Made by a program: the position numbers and the translations under genes
Notes under the pieces: model-generated
The model's database searches: none
What the model was told of the DNA's origin: nothing
The model's input: only the letters and a program-made list of their open reading frames with translations
Shown here: positions 38,365 to 47,554 of the stretch, piece by piece
How positions within the stretch are numbered: position 1 is the first letter of the stretch
How the letters are laid out: each line of letters opens with the position of its first letter
Assembly (NCBI GenBank): GCA_045565775.1
Contig: JBJLES010000008.1
Location: 177,408-241,407, forward strand
Direction: 5' to 3'
From: Pseudohongiellaceae bacterium
GTDB lineage: Bacteria; Pseudomonadota; Gammaproteobacteria; Pseudomonadales; Pseudohongiellaceae
DNA: 64,000 nucleotides

Positions 38365-39702
38365 CTAGTTACCTAGTTCTTTCAATAATGGTTGAGAAAC
38401 ACCATCAATTCCTACAAGTGATAGCATAATCAATAATGCTGTCTGTGGTCCAAGGTGAGAATTGGTCGGGATGAACCATTCGCCTGGCGAATGAGCGCCA
38501 CCACCGTTTCCTCCGCCGGCAATTGTAATTGCTGGAATATTGAGTGACATCGGTAAATTTGAGTCTGTGCTGGATGTTCCGAGTTCTTGGAGCTCGATAC
38601 CTAGCTCGTCGAATGAGAGTGCAGCAACCTGAACTATAGGAGAATCTGGTGATGTTTTGCCGACAGGTCGATCGCCGATCAAATTAAATTCAACAAAAAT
38701 TTTCCCGTTATCCCATCTTGCATTTTCTTCTGATACCGCCTCTTTAGCTGCCTCTTTAGCTCGTGCTTCAAGGCGGGCAAGCTCATCTGGGTCGTTGGAG
38801 CGCATATCTATTGCAAACGCCGCATCGGCGGCAATGGAATTAACTGATGTTCCCCCCCGAACGGTCCCTATAGTGAAAGTGGTTTTAGGAAAACTTGGAG
38901 TTTTTAAATCGGAAATTTTGGCGATGGCACGTCCCATTGCGTGAATCGCGCTTGCTCTTCCAAAGGCTCCAAACGAGTGTCCTCCGGGGCCCGTAAAGTT
39001 AAACTCAAAACGACGGCTGCCTGTGCCACCATTAGTGATCCTTCTCATAAGCGTCCCATCAATGGAGACGTATCCATCGATATAAGGGTGGTCACGGAAT
39101 ATAGCTTTGACGCCTCTTAAATCGCCTGTTCCTTCTTCGCCAACATTTCCCGCAAATATTATATCGCCGACTGTTTCGATCCCACTTTCATTTAATACGT
39201 CAATCACGCTTAATAACGCTGCTAAGCCTCGTGTGTCATCCCCGATGCCCGGCGCATAATAGCGCCCACCTCGAAGTTTAACGGTTGTATCTACTCCTTC
39301 GGGGAATACCGTGTCCAAGTGTGCAGATATTAGGAAGCTTGGTCCTTCACCTGTTCCTTTACGAATCCCGATAACATTCCCTTCTTCGTCTATGTAAGCG
39401 TCTTCAAGGCCGCGAGAACGCATTTGATTTAAATAATAAGCTGCGCGTTCTTGCTCCTTGAAAGGTGGAGCTGGGATTTCAGTTATACGGAATTGCTCTC
39501 GAATTGTATTTGGTTCAATCTCTAGAATTCTCTTTAATGATGCCTGCACTTTTATATCAGTGGTAATTCTTTTGAAGCTCTCAGAAATCTCGTCAGAGAC
39601 CGAAACAAGCTCCTGTTGACCCCAGCAAGGATTGCAAAGCAACACAATTATACCGGCACTAACTTTTGTGCCCAGAGAGATTGAAAAATTAAGAGGGCTC
39701 AT
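38365..39702 (-). CDS. M20-family metallopeptidase, secreted
   Basis: ISAHLDTVFPEG, GIGDDTRG and NVGEEGTGDLRG are M20 metal-ligand motifs. An N-terminal signal peptide is present. Confidence 0.82.
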   Translation of the reverse strand: MSPLNFSISLGTKVSAGIIVLLCNPCWGQQELVSVSDEISESFKRITTDIKVQASLKRILEIEPNTIREQFRITEIPAPPFKEQERAAYYLNQMRSRGLEDAYIDEEGNVIGIRKGTGEGPSFLISAHLDTVFPEGVDTTVKLRGGRYYAPGIGDDTRGLAALLSVIDVLNESGIETVGDIIFAGNVGEEGTGDLRGVKAIFRDHPYIDGYVSIDGTLMRRITNGGTGSRRFEFNFTGPGGHSFGAFGRASAIHAMGRAIAKISDLKTPSFPKTTFTIGTVRGGTSVNSIAADAAFAIDMRSNDPDELARLEARAKEAAKEAVSEENARWDNGKIFVEFNLIGDRPVGKTSPDSPIVQVAALSFDELGIELQELGTSSTDSNLPMSLNIPAITIAGGGNGGGAHSPGEWFIPTNSHLGPQTALLIMLSLVGIDGVSQPLLKELGN

Positions 39703-39777
39703 GACTTGTCCTAATTTTTTCGCGAAAACATATGAAGACTAACTATACATTAAAATCAGAATCTCTGTTTGTAATGG

Positions 39778-40353
39778 CTATTTTTGCTTTTGTATCAGTA
39801 ACAAGGCATCAAACAACCTAGCCTTATCTCGTTTGCTTACGTTTTTTGTGCTGATGGTGTCATAAAACAGCTCTCTATGCTGCTCAATTACTGGGTTATT
39901 ATTTTCTACCAATGTTGCTAGTTTTCTTACGATAGATTCTCCTAAATCAGAAAGCTTTGGTCGTATGACCTCCAAATCGGGAGCAGTTGCTTGTGGTGGC
40001 TTACTCAGCCAATCGGCGAGATGGCGGTACTGGATAGCTTTTGCGACACTGATTTGCGCTTCAAAAAAAGATTCAACAGACGGACCATAAAGGCCTAGCT
40101 CTGCCGCACTTTTAACTGCACTCTCTATAACGAACTGCTCTCTCACTATATCTTCAATCGCAATCTTATTTTTCACTTTATGGAGGGCTACGTATTCCAT
40201 ATGGCTTAGACGCTCGTCTATAAGCAAGAAAAACTCTTCAATTTCCGAAGTTTGAGCAAGGGCTTTATCTGCTGTTTGTACCATGCAAAGTATAATCAAG
40301 AACAAAGAGTAGCATTGTGTAGCATGACTTTCTCCGTTGGCAAATCCATGCAA
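39778..40353 (-). CDS. Periplasmic chorismate mutase (AroQ gamma class)
   Basis: A signal peptide followed by LIDERLSHMEYVALHK...IEDIVREQFV...FFEAQISVAKAIQ, typical of secreted AroQ chorismate mutases. Confidence 0.68.
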   Translation of the reverse strand: MHGFANGESHATQCYSLFLIILCMVQTADKALAQTSEIEEFFLLIDERLSHMEYVALHKVKNKIAIEDIVREQFVIESAVKSAAELGLYGPSVESFFEAQISVAKAIQYRHLADWLSKPPQATAPDLEVIRPKLSDLGESIVRKLATLVENNNPVIEQHRELFYDTISTKNVSKRDKARLFDALLLIQKQK

Positions 40354-40393
40354 TATTATAGTGACTGTTCTTGCATTAGGTATTTATAAACTT

Positions 40394-42043
40394 ATGGTAA
40401 AGATGATAAAAATTGCCGCCTTTGTCGCCGTGCTATGGGCTTTACTTGGTTGTGATAGCCTTGAAAAAAACCAGCTTTCTGGGTCGATCTTACCTGAAAG
40501 GCCTAATATTTTATGGATCGTAGCAGAAGATTTAAGTCCGATCATCCCGCCTTTCGGCGATCTTACCGTAGATACTCCGAATCTAACCCGACTAGCAGAT
40601 GAGGGTGTAAGGTTCACTCGGGTATTTTCAACCTCTGGGGTCTGCGCTCCTAGTAGGGCCTCAATTGCGACTGGGATGTATCAGAACCGAATTGGTGCTC
40701 ATCACATGCGTACGACGAGTGCTGTTGGTGAAGGACCAGCGGGTTTGATTCCCTATGAGGTTGTTCCGCCGCCTTACGTAAAGATGCAAAGCCAATATTT
40801 TCGCGAGGCTGGTTATTACACCTCAAATAATGCGAAGGAGGATTATCAATTTCGCAAACCGGTCACGGCTTGGGATGATAGCAGCCCGCAAGCGCATTGG
40901 CGCAATCGAGCATCTGGCCAGCCGTTCTTCTCAATTTTTAATATCGGGATTACTCATGAATCCCAGGTGTGGAGGCAACGAGATAATCCGCTATTATTAG
41001 CTTACGATGCTGAGGTGCCGATACCTCCATATCTTCCAGAAACGGATATAGCGGTCCGTGACATCAGACAGGTCTATAGCAATATTATTGCTATGGACAG
41101 AGAGATCGGAAAACTCCTTAGTCAGTTAGAGGAAGATGATTTAGTCGATGACACTATCATTTTCTTTTATAGTGACCATGGTGGCCCTTTGCCACGCCAG
41201 AAAAGATTGCTGTATGACTCGGGTATTCAAGTCCCCCTTATTATTCGTTTTCCAGGCAAGTGGCGCGCTGGGGAAATCGATGATCAACTAATTAGTTTCG
41301 TCGATTTCAAGTCTACAACGTTGTCGCTTGCTGGTATCGAGCCTCCTGCTTATAGCGATGGTAGGGCTTTTCTAGGAGATTTTGTCGAGACTCCAACTAG
41401 AGAGTATATCCATGCCGCTGCTGATCGCTTTGATAACGAATATGACACAATTCGCGCTGTTAGAGATTCTCGTTATAAGTATTTACGTAATTATAATCTA
41501 GACAAGGCATATTACCTTCCGTTGCCTTACAGGGAACAAATGCCGATCATGCGAGAACTTTTGCAATTAAATGAACAGGGGAAATTGAACCGATTTCAAG
41601 CGCAATGGTTTAGGGAGCAAAAGCCTCTCGAGGAGCTTTTTGATACTGACATTGATCCTTACGAGTTGGAAAACCTGGCGCAGGATCCAGCATATTCGAA
41701 TAAACTAAAAGAGTTGAGTGATGAGCTGGATAGCTGGCTTTTGGAGGTTGAGGATCTTGGTTTTACGCCAGAGAATGAATTGATCGAACACTTTTGGCCT
41801 GGCGGGGTTCAGCCAGTAACTGAGGTGCCAAGTATGTCCATTATAGATGGTGAAATTCACATCAGTAGTGCTACCCCTGGGGCTAATATCGCTTTTCAGG
41901 TTATTGGCTTAGATCAAGCTTCGGGGAGTAAGTGGCAGGTCTATTTAAATCCAGTCAAGGTAATTCCTTCTCGACGAGTAGTTGCAATCGCACATCGGAT
42001 TGGTTACGCGCCAAGTCAAAAAATTGAACTCTACTTAGATTAA
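40394..42043 (+). CDS. Sulfatase (formylglycine-dependent), probable lipoprotein
   Basis: C-x-P-x-R motif in SGVCAPSRASIATG, and DHGG in FFYSDHGGPLP. Lipobox ALLGC. The ORF is open from 40337; the start is placed at ATG 40394. Confidence 0.88.
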   Translation: MVKMIKIAAFVAVLWALLGCDSLEKNQLSGSILPERPNILWIVAEDLSPIIPPFGDLTVDTPNLTRLADEGVRFTRVFSTSGVCAPSRASIATGMYQNRIGAHHMRTTSAVGEGPAGLIPYEVVPPPYVKMQSQYFREAGYYTSNNAKEDYQFRKPVTAWDDSSPQAHWRNRASGQPFFSIFNIGITHESQVWRQRDNPLLLAYDAEVPIPPYLPETDIAVRDIRQVYSNIIAMDREIGKLLSQLEEDDLVDDTIIFFYSDHGGPLPRQKRLLYDSGIQVPLIIRFPGKWRAGEIDDQLISFVDFKSTTLSLAGIEPPAYSDGRAFLGDFVETPTREYIHAAADRFDNEYDTIRAVRDSRYKYLRNYNLDKAYYLPLPYREQMPIMRELLQLNEQGKLNRFQAQWFREQKPLEELFDTDIDPYELENLAQDPAYSNKLKELSDELDSWLLEVEDLGFTPENELIEHFWPGGVQPVTEVPSMSIIDGEIHISSATPGANIAFQVIGLDQASGSKWQVYLNPVKVIPSRRVVAIAHRIGYAPSQKIELYLD

Positions 42044-42052
42044 GACGTTGAT

Positions 42053-42589
42053 CTAAGCACTATTTCTCAAAGGGGCTAAACTTCGGTCAAGTATCGAAAG
42101 TAGGGTGCTGACCAACAAGACCCATGCAGAAAATGAAGCAGCCGCTTCCATAATTTCTTTGAAGTCTATACCAAGTCTAATTTTCGACATCGAAAGCAAA
42201 ACTAGAGGGCCAAAATAGAGAATGCCATTCCATCTCCCAAGAAAGCTCATTCGTAATTCTTTCTGTCTATAAAAGAAGTATGAGTCAATAACATATTGAC
42301 TAAAAGCGATAACAATCAAAGCTGGCAAGTAGGGATTTAGGAGTCCTGCTATAGCACACCCGGCCAAACCACTCGTGACAAAAATAAAGTCGGTAGCATG
42401 ATCAAATAGTTGTCCCTTTGCAGAGGAGCTGTTTGTCGCTCTGGCTACCTTGCCATCAAGGTAGTCAGTTGTGCAAGCTAACGAGATAAGAAGTAGCAAT
42501 ATGGGCCCAGGTAATAAGCCGTTTACAGCGAACCCAAATGCGACGGGTATCGCTAGCATGAGGCGAACCGCGGTTAGCAGATTCGCCAT
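42053..42589 (-). CDS. CDP-alcohol phosphatidyltransferase-family protein
   Basis: An exact D-G-x2-A-R-x8-G-x3-D-x3-D signature in DYLDGKVARATNSSSAKGQLFDHATD. Confidence 0.85.
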   Translation of the reverse strand: MANLLTAVRLMLAIPVAFGFAVNGLLPGPILLLLISLACTTDYLDGKVARATNSSSAKGQLFDHATDFIFVTSGLAGCAIAGLLNPYLPALIVIAFSQYVIDSYFFYRQKELRMSFLGRWNGILYFGPLVLLSMSKIRLGIDFKEIMEAAASFSAWVLLVSTLLSILDRSLAPLRNSA

Positions 42590-42591
42590 AA

Positions 42592-43596
42592 CTAGTTAAA
42601 TAGTTCTCTCTGAGCTCGACGCCAGAAAATAAGGCCTATCACAGCGTTAAACAAGATAAAGAAGTTGTGCTGAACAAAACCAAAAGCGGCCATTTGTCCC
42701 TCATTTTCTGGGAATAAAATCACCCAAAAGGTTATCGCTGCCGCTCGCATTGGTGTCGGAACTGCTGCAGCAAAAAATATGACCGGTAAATAGGGGAGGA
42801 GTTCCATAAACGAGGCATTAACTCCGAATAAGTTTAGCGCGATCGAATAGACAATAACGGCCGCAAGGAGTGCTGGGGATCTCAACAATAAAAACATTAA
42901 ATAATGCTTGAGTTTCGCTTGCCTGAATGCGTCCAGTATCCTTCTTTGTCGGAATGTATTATTGGGGAGAATTTTTCCTTGGAAGTATAGAAGCCAGATT
43001 ACGAAAAAGATGGCTGCGCCAGCACTAATGGCAGGCATCAGGCTAAAAGCTTCGGGCAATCCACTGCCACCGAACATATATCCGATTGAGGCCCAAACGA
43101 GTAAGTAGAATACTTCGCAAAACATAATAAATAACATGACCGAGCCAACTTCCCATCCAGGAATTTGATCACGCTTATTCAGGTAATAGGCCATGGCCCC
43201 CTTGCCAATTTGTTCATTAAAAATAGATATGATGTAGGCGCTCGCGCGAATGGGTAGAATGTCCTTATATTTTATGTTTGCCACAAACCAGTTCAATGCG
43301 CGAGTTACGACTAGCGTATCCACGAAGAAATAAAATAATGAATAAGCGATCATAAGCCCCAACCATGGCACCCAGGCAACGTTGGAGAATACCTGTGTCA
43401 TATAGGCAGCTAACGAGAGGCCTTCCCGAGCTGCGGCCCCGTTCAATCTGTAGTAAAGATATACAAAGCACAATGCGGTGATAATCAGAAATACAATTCT
43501 TCCTGCTGGACTAACTTTCTTTTGTGCCGTTCCTGTATCGTCCGGTGCTTCATCCGAGGTTTTAGTTTCTTCTTGTGCTTGGTTGGTTTCTGTCAT
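42592..43596 (-). CDS. Polytopic membrane protein, lysyl-PG-synthase TM-region-like (UPF0104/flippase-like)
   Basis: 334 aa with about 8 helices after a polar N-terminus. The call rests on size, topology and context only. Lies 2 nt from both neighbours. Confidence 0.4.
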   Translation of the reverse strand: MTETNQAQEETKTSDEAPDDTGTAQKKVSPAGRIVFLIITALCFVYLYYRLNGAAAREGLSLAAYMTQVFSNVAWVPWLGLMIAYSLFYFFVDTLVVTRALNWFVANIKYKDILPIRASAYIISIFNEQIGKGAMAYYLNKRDQIPGWEVGSVMLFIMFCEVFYLLVWASIGYMFGGSGLPEAFSLMPAISAGAAIFFVIWLLYFQGKILPNNTFRQRRILDAFRQAKLKHYLMFLLLRSPALLAAVIVYSIALNLFGVNASFMELLPYLPVIFFAAAVPTPMRAAAITFWVILFPENEGQMAAFGFVQHNFFILFNAVIGLIFWRRAQRELFN

Positions 43597-43597
43597 A

Positions 43598-44491
43598 TCA
43601 CTCGCCAGGGGTTGTCATTTTTTTTAAGGTTTCTCTTAGAGGCGTAAGTGTAATACCTATTGCGCTATCAGCGTTAGTCTTGACGACTTCATCTTGGGTA
43701 ATTACCTCTACAACGGTTGGGGTAATGCCGCCTCCTTTTAATATGCTGGTGACGGCGGCTCCAATTTTCGCCACGAATATGGGTATCGATCCAAAAGTGA
43801 CAGTTTTATCCATAAGTTCGGCTGTTTTTGCGATTATGTCTCTGTAGGATGCGCTTTCTGGTCCAACCAGCTCATAAGTGCTTTGCCCTTCTTTTGGGTT
43901 TAAACAGAGTTTAACGAGAGCTTCGGAGAGGTCGTCAATATCTAAAGGCCGCATTTGATAATGGCCGCCTCCTAGCAATTTTGCTTGCCCGGACGAAACC
44001 ATCCCAATGACTGCTTGAGAGCCAGCAGCGCTTGGGCCAAAAAGGATTGGAGTGCGTAATATACTTGATCCTAAACCCGAATCGATTATTAATTTTTCGG
44101 CTGCACCTTTCGAGCGAAAGTATGCGTTTTTTGACTCCGGATCTGCTCCGACAACGCTGATGAAAATGAGATTCTTAGTGCCACTTTTCATCGCAGCTTC
44201 AACTACTGCAGCCGTTGCTCCGACGTTTGCGTTGGCGTAATTTGAATGTTTAGTCTCTATCAAAATACCCGCCAAATGGATAACAAAATCTGTCCCTAGT
44301 AGGGCGTCTTCTAGTGAGCTGTCGTTATTGTAGTCAATGATTACTGGTTCGATCGAAGAATTTTTTGGTAGATCCGAGATTGCCCTTTCGCTGCGAACCC
44401 CAGCGATGACAGTCATATCTTGTTCCCTGCATAAACGTGTGAGTAGATTTTTACCCACACTACTGTTTGCTCCAGTTACTGCGATTTTCAT
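43598..44491 (-). CDS. NAD(P)-binding protein, atypical SDR / NmrA-like
   Basis: N-terminal MKIAVTGANSSVGKNL Rossmann motif, 297 aa. Confidence 0.72.
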   Translation of the reverse strand: MKIAVTGANSSVGKNLLTRLCREQDMTVIAGVRSERAISDLPKNSSIEPVIIDYNNDSSLEDALLGTDFVIHLAGILIETKHSNYANANVGATAAVVEAAMKSGTKNLIFISVVGADPESKNAYFRSKGAAEKLIIDSGLGSSILRTPILFGPSAAGSQAVIGMVSSGQAKLLGGGHYQMRPLDIDDLSEALVKLCLNPKEGQSTYELVGPESASYRDIIAKTAELMDKTVTFGSIPIFVAKIGAAVTSILKGGGITPTVVEVITQDEVVKTNADSAIGITLTPLRETLKKMTTPGE

Positions 44492-44571
44492 GAATTAAAA
44501 ATTCCTTTGTTATGGATTTCAGCCCGAGTGATTGTTATTCAGACTTAACGTATAAATTCTCGAAATCAGAT

Positions 44572-47022
44572 TTATAGTACTTGTGCGATGTTATCTAATT
44601 TTTTGCTGCGTTGAAGTTTAGCTGCTGCTGTATTTTCTACCTGCTTTAGAGTAGATGCTCTAAAAGCGAGTTCTCTCCTTGACTGAGGAGCTTCATCGTA
44701 ACTTGTTGTTCTCATTTTTGGTATTCTTCCCATACTGATGATGGTTTCTTCGATACCTTGTGGGTGCCATTCTTGTCCATGATCTGCTCCAGCTGCTCGC
44801 GTAATACTCTCATTCATCAGCGTGCCGCCGATGTCGTTTGCTCCAGCATTCAAGCAGGCCTGAACACCTTCCTGCCCCATTTTCACCCAAGAAGTTTGAA
44901 TATTATTTATGAGGCCTTTAAACGCTATCCGTGAAACTGAATGCATTAAAATGGCTTCTCTAAAACTTGGACCACGACGAGATTTACCTTTGAGATACAT
45001 AGGCGCCTCCATAGGAACATAGGGTAACGGTACAAACTCTGTGAAGCCTCCAGTTTGAAGTTGCAGATTACGCACTTCCGTTAGGTGATTTGCCCAGTGT
45101 ATTGGAGTCTCCACATGTCCGTACATTATGGTTGCGGTTGTTTTAAACCCAACTTGATGGGCTGTTTTCATTACCTCTAGCCATTGTGAAGTATTAATTT
45201 TGTCAGGGCAGAGTGATTTGCGAATCTCGTCATCAAGGATTTCTGCTGCGGTTCCAGGAAGAGTTGATAGCCCCGCCGATTTAAGATGCTCCAAAAACTC
45301 TCTCAATGAAATGCCCAATGTTTCAGCCCCTTGCCAAACTTCTAGTGGAGAAAAGGCATGAATATGAAGCTCTGGAACAGCTGTCTTAACTGTCGATAAG
45401 ATATCGAGATAAGTTTGACCGGTATAATCTGGATGGATGCCGCCTTGCATACAAACTTCAGTGGCACCTCTGGCCCATGCTTCTTTGCAGCGGCGCGCAA
45501 TTTCTTGAGCGCTTATGTCATAAGGCTTGCCGCGCAAGTTCTCGCTTGCCTTACCTTTCGAAAATGCACAGAACTGACATTTAAAGTAGCACACATTGGT
45601 ATAATTTATATTTCGATTCACAACATAAGTAACGGTATCTCCATTACATTTTTCTCTCAAATCATTAGCAGCATCGGTAATGTATTTAAAATCCGCGCCC
45701 CTCGATTGGAATAATCGCGCAAGGTCATTAATCTTTAAGTTAGAAACCTTGCTAATATTCGTTATGACTGACCGGATATCAGAAGAGACATTATTTTGGG
45801 TGAGAGGCTTTTTAATTAACTCTCTTTCTAATGGTGGAATAGATGTCCTCTCTCCAGGTATCCAAGAGTCTCTTTTTGAGAATCCGCATGAATCGGATAG
45901 ACTTAAGATGGTAGGTCTTATGTTGTTATCAATCCACCTTTCAGCATTCTCAATGTACGAAGGGTAAATTGTCAGGCGCTGCTCTAAAAATTTTCCAGCC
46001 GCTTCGGTTTCCCGGGCAAGGTTTTCAAGATGAGGCCACGGCGCCTCAGGATTTACATGATCTGGAGTTAGCGGTGATACACCACCCCAATCGTTTATGC
46101 CAGCGTTCACTAGCTTGGGGAGCACCCCAGGACTCAGGTTTGGTGGCGCCTGAATACTCATCTTAGCGCCGAATATCAGACGAGCAACGGCAATAGTCCA
46201 TAACAGTTCGTTAAGATCAGGTTCAGGAGCGGAGCGCATTTTTGTGTCAGGTTTGGCGCGAAAATTTTGTATGATTATTTCTTGTATATGCCCATAGATT
46301 TCATGAATACTTCTGATCGCTAAGAGCGACTCAATGCGTTCCAGCCTGGTTTCGCCTATACCAATTAATATTCCAGTAGTGAAAGGTACATTCTGTTGTC
46401 CGGCTAGCTTCATGGTGTGAAGTCGCACTTCCGGGACCTTGTCCGGCGAGCCATAATGAGGCATGCCTTTTTCACATAGTCGCGATGAGGCTGATTCGAG
46501 CATGATTCCCATTGAGCCACTGACTTTTCTTAGATCCGTTATTTCTTGTTCAGTAACATTCCCCGCATTGATGTGCGGCAGAACACCAGTCTCGACCATG
46601 ACTTTTTCTGCTACATGTGCGACGTAATCGATTGTGGTTTTGAAGCCTAGTGATTCTAGGGCCTCTCGGGCGACCTTATAACGCAGCTCTGGTTTTTCGC
46701 CAAGAGTGAATAGAGCCTCTTGGCAGCCCAATTCAGCACCCTGCTTGCAAACAGCCAGAACCTCATCGACGGAGAGATATGGGTTTTCTATACGGCGAGG
46801 TGTTTTAGCGAATGTACAGTAGTGGCAGACGTCTCGGCATAGATAAGTAAGAGGCAAAAAGATTTTTTTAGAGTAAGTCACGACGTTGCGATGAGAATGA
46901 TCTCTCATTTCACAAGCGATTTTGGTCAAAGCCCGCGTATCCGTTACTTCTGAAAGCTTGAGGGCGTCCTCAGCGGACAGAGAACTAGAGATATTGATTT
47001 TATCTAACAATAGCCTACTCAA
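44572..47022 (-). CDS. fbiC: Bifunctional FO synthase (CofG-CofH fusion; 7,8-didemethyl-8-hydroxy-5-deazariboflavin synthase)
   Basis: 816 aa with two radical SAM clusters, CRDVCHYCTF (CofG half) and CYFKCQFCAF (CofH half). Overall FbiC-like sequence. Confidence 0.88.
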   Translation of the reverse strand: MSRLLLDKINISSSLSAEDALKLSEVTDTRALTKIACEMRDHSHRNVVTYSKKIFLPLTYLCRDVCHYCTFAKTPRRIENPYLSVDEVLAVCKQGAELGCQEALFTLGEKPELRYKVAREALESLGFKTTIDYVAHVAEKVMVETGVLPHINAGNVTEQEITDLRKVSGSMGIMLESASSRLCEKGMPHYGSPDKVPEVRLHTMKLAGQQNVPFTTGILIGIGETRLERIESLLAIRSIHEIYGHIQEIIIQNFRAKPDTKMRSAPEPDLNELLWTIAVARLIFGAKMSIQAPPNLSPGVLPKLVNAGINDWGGVSPLTPDHVNPEAPWPHLENLARETEAAGKFLEQRLTIYPSYIENAERWIDNNIRPTILSLSDSCGFSKRDSWIPGERTSIPPLERELIKKPLTQNNVSSDIRSVITNISKVSNLKINDLARLFQSRGADFKYITDAANDLREKCNGDTVTYVVNRNINYTNVCYFKCQFCAFSKGKASENLRGKPYDISAQEIARRCKEAWARGATEVCMQGGIHPDYTGQTYLDILSTVKTAVPELHIHAFSPLEVWQGAETLGISLREFLEHLKSAGLSTLPGTAAEILDDEIRKSLCPDKINTSQWLEVMKTAHQVGFKTTATIMYGHVETPIHWANHLTEVRNLQLQTGGFTEFVPLPYVPMEAPMYLKGKSRRGPSFREAILMHSVSRIAFKGLINNIQTSWVKMGQEGVQACLNAGANDIGGTLMNESITRAAGADHGQEWHPQGIEETIISMGRIPKMRTTSYDEAPQSRRELAFRASTLKQVENTAAAKLQRSKKLDNIAQVL

Positions 47023-47103
47023 CCTGTTTCTTTGCTAACTAGATCCTATAGAGTACCAGTCTGAGCTAAAAAAAGGTAACCAAACCAATGGTAATTCCTC
47101 TAT

Positions 47104-47505
47104 TTACAAGGTTGAGATCAACCCCCAAACTCCGCCTAAGATGAGCGCGATAGATGCGAACATTCCAATCATAAACCCGACAGCTCTTTTCTCCGGGGCC
47201 TTGCGGTAACCAACAAAAAATAGGATCCGCCCAATAAAAAACGCGATGGCGCAAACGACGGCAAAGGTTTCGCTGAGGAAGTAGGAGCAGATCCAGAGGG
47301 CCGGAATAACATGAATCAATTGTTCGAGAGTATTTTGCTGTATTCGGAGAGTGGCTTCGAAGAGGGGGTCGCCCGTGGTAGCCGGTGCCTTGATCCCTGT
47401 CTTATGTCGCGCGGCACCTACAGACAAAGAAAATATAAAATATTGTATGAGAAGCGCCAGGGTAGCGCCCGCTGTAAATGCTAGAGAATCCATTTCTGTC
47501 TCCAA
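47104..47505 (-). CDS. MAPEG-family membrane protein
   Basis: 133 aa with 4 helices. The HKTG...TLRIQQNTLEQL region resembles the MAPEG/glutathione-transferase-like family. Confidence 0.55.
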   Translation of the reverse strand: METEMDSLAFTAGATLALLIQYFIFSLSVGAARHKTGIKAPATTGDPLFEATLRIQQNTLEQLIHVIPALWICSYFLSETFAVVCAIAFFIGRILFFVGYRKAPEKRAVGFMIGMFASIALILGGVWGLISTL

Positions 47506-47554
47506 TTATTAATCTGATTATTTTCGACTCACAAAATGTATCGACCATTAAACG

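Noticed and set aside
45415-46166. Three antisense ORFs (99, 95 and 65 aa) within fbiC
   Set aside because: They lie opposite the conserved radical SAM domains, have no recognisable motifs, and are typical shadow ORFs.
47066-47254. A 62-aa ORF overlapping the MAPEG gene in another frame
   Set aside because: It is fully contained in the 3' part of the better-supported 133-aa membrane protein ORF.
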